The notes below the pieces were generated by a model. That model saw only the letters and a list, made by a program, of their open reading frames with translations. It was not told the DNA's origin and did no database searches. A program made the translations under genes and the position numbers. This document shows positions 41,221-42,001 of a DNA stretch of 42,001 nt, one piece after another. Each line of letters opens with the position of its first letter. Position 1 is the stretch's first letter. Source of the stretch: Nanobdellota archaeon (lineage in GTDB: Archaea; Nanobdellota; Nanobdellia; Woesearchaeales; GW2011-AR9); assembly GCA_038045005.1 (NCBI GenBank), contig JBBSYZ010000008.1, positions 1-42,001 of the forward strand, in the 5' to 3' direction.

Positions 41221-41878
41221 TAATTGGCCCTTCCATTTGGCAGGTTGCAGAACATCCGTCGCCGGAAACCATGTTTCCGTCGTCACATTGTTCTGGGCTT
41301 TCCGTAATGCCGTTGCCGCAGAGATTCTGCTGGACTTGTTCCTTCTGGCAAGTTGCTGAACAGCCATCGCCGGAAACAGCATTGCCGTCATCACAGAATT
41401 CTCCGAGATTAGCCTGTATAACGCCGTCACCGCATACAGCCGTCAGACAAGCCCCGTCTTTACAGCCGTTGGGACATTTCGTGCCCTGATAAGAGAATTT
41501 ATTATCGACACAATAATACTCCTTTAATGTGTCAGAATCAACACAACTGTCGGGATAAGCTTTTTCTCCTTTAACACCATTGGAATCATAAGTTAATGTT
41601 AATTCTCCTTTATTTGCCGGTTTAATTCCGCCATCTGAATCGGTACAGCTCAGCCAGGTAAAATAATACTTAACCGCTGTTTTTAAGCTTTTTAACTGGG
41701 GGGTTTGGTACGCCTGCCCAGCTACTGCTCCGCTATCTTCTGCCATGACCGCATTTAATTCTTCAGCGGAAAGGCCATCTAATTCCGCCAACGCTTCTTC
41801 CTCAGTAAGCTTGGGAGCGCAGGAAACTAAAAACACCGCTAAAACCAAACTCATAAAAAACAATATCTTTTTCATCAT
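41195..41878 (-). CDS. Lipoprotein with Cys-rich (Myxococcus/DUF4215-like) repeats
   Basis: LVSC lipobox; CTDSDGG domain; two CGDG..E.CDDGN.VSGDGCSATCQ repeats; 3' end overlaps selU by 26 nt. Confidence 0.85.
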   Translation of the reverse strand: MMKKILFFMSLVLAVFLVSCAPKLTEEEALAELDGLSAEELNAVMAEDSGAVAGQAYQTPQLKSLKTAVKYYFTWLSCTDSDGGIKPANKGELTLTYDSNGVKGEKAYPDSCVDSDTLKEYYCVDNKFSYQGTKCPNGCKDGACLTAVCGDGVIQANLGEFCDDGNAVSGDGCSATCQKEQVQQNLCGNGITESPEQCDDGNMVSGDGCSATCQMEGPIINNTPSSS

Positions 41879-42001
41879 CAACACCTCGTTTTATAATTTT
41901 AATTAGATATAAAAGAACAGTAGATTATTTAAATGTTATTATTTTCGACACTGTTTCTTTATGAGCAATAGGCCTTTGGCGTTAGCCAAAATCTCGTTTT
42001 A

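Noticed and set aside
41240-41432. DNA direct repeats near the window end
   Set aside because: Explained by the two Cys-rich protein repeats of the lipoprotein

Overview
Archaeal chromosomal window, most consistent with a DPANN lineage (Woesearchaeota-like; inferred from the split RpoB/RpoA operon, class I CCA enzyme, archaeal TATA boxes, bacterial-type gyrase and tRNA-Ile(UAU)). Core content is the rpoH-rpoB''-rpoB'-rpoA'-rpoA''-L30e-nusA-S12-(orphan)-S7 operon, kae1, gyrB with an HNH intein, smc, nfi, speD, cca, selU, rnd, rimK, nnrD and many small membrane, lipo- or hypothetical proteins. The most striking signal is non-coding. All 10 tRNA genes I could read are interrupted (about 20 introns, 9 of them at the non-canonical T-loop 59/60 site, and one tRNA-Glu with three introns and a 5-nt exon). 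The region also carries a family of 50-60 bp 'bulged twin-hairpin' insertions with 2-3 bp duplications, REP-like GGGGTAT hairpins and a 165-bp MITE with a 9-bp target-site duplication. Other candidates: a tandem pair of membrane-anchored MJ1316-like proteins, a probable remote DGR target gene, a likely catalytically dead endonuclease V and RNAP clamp zinc sites that have lost cysteines. All calls were made by eye from sequence and motif recognition; no searches were run.
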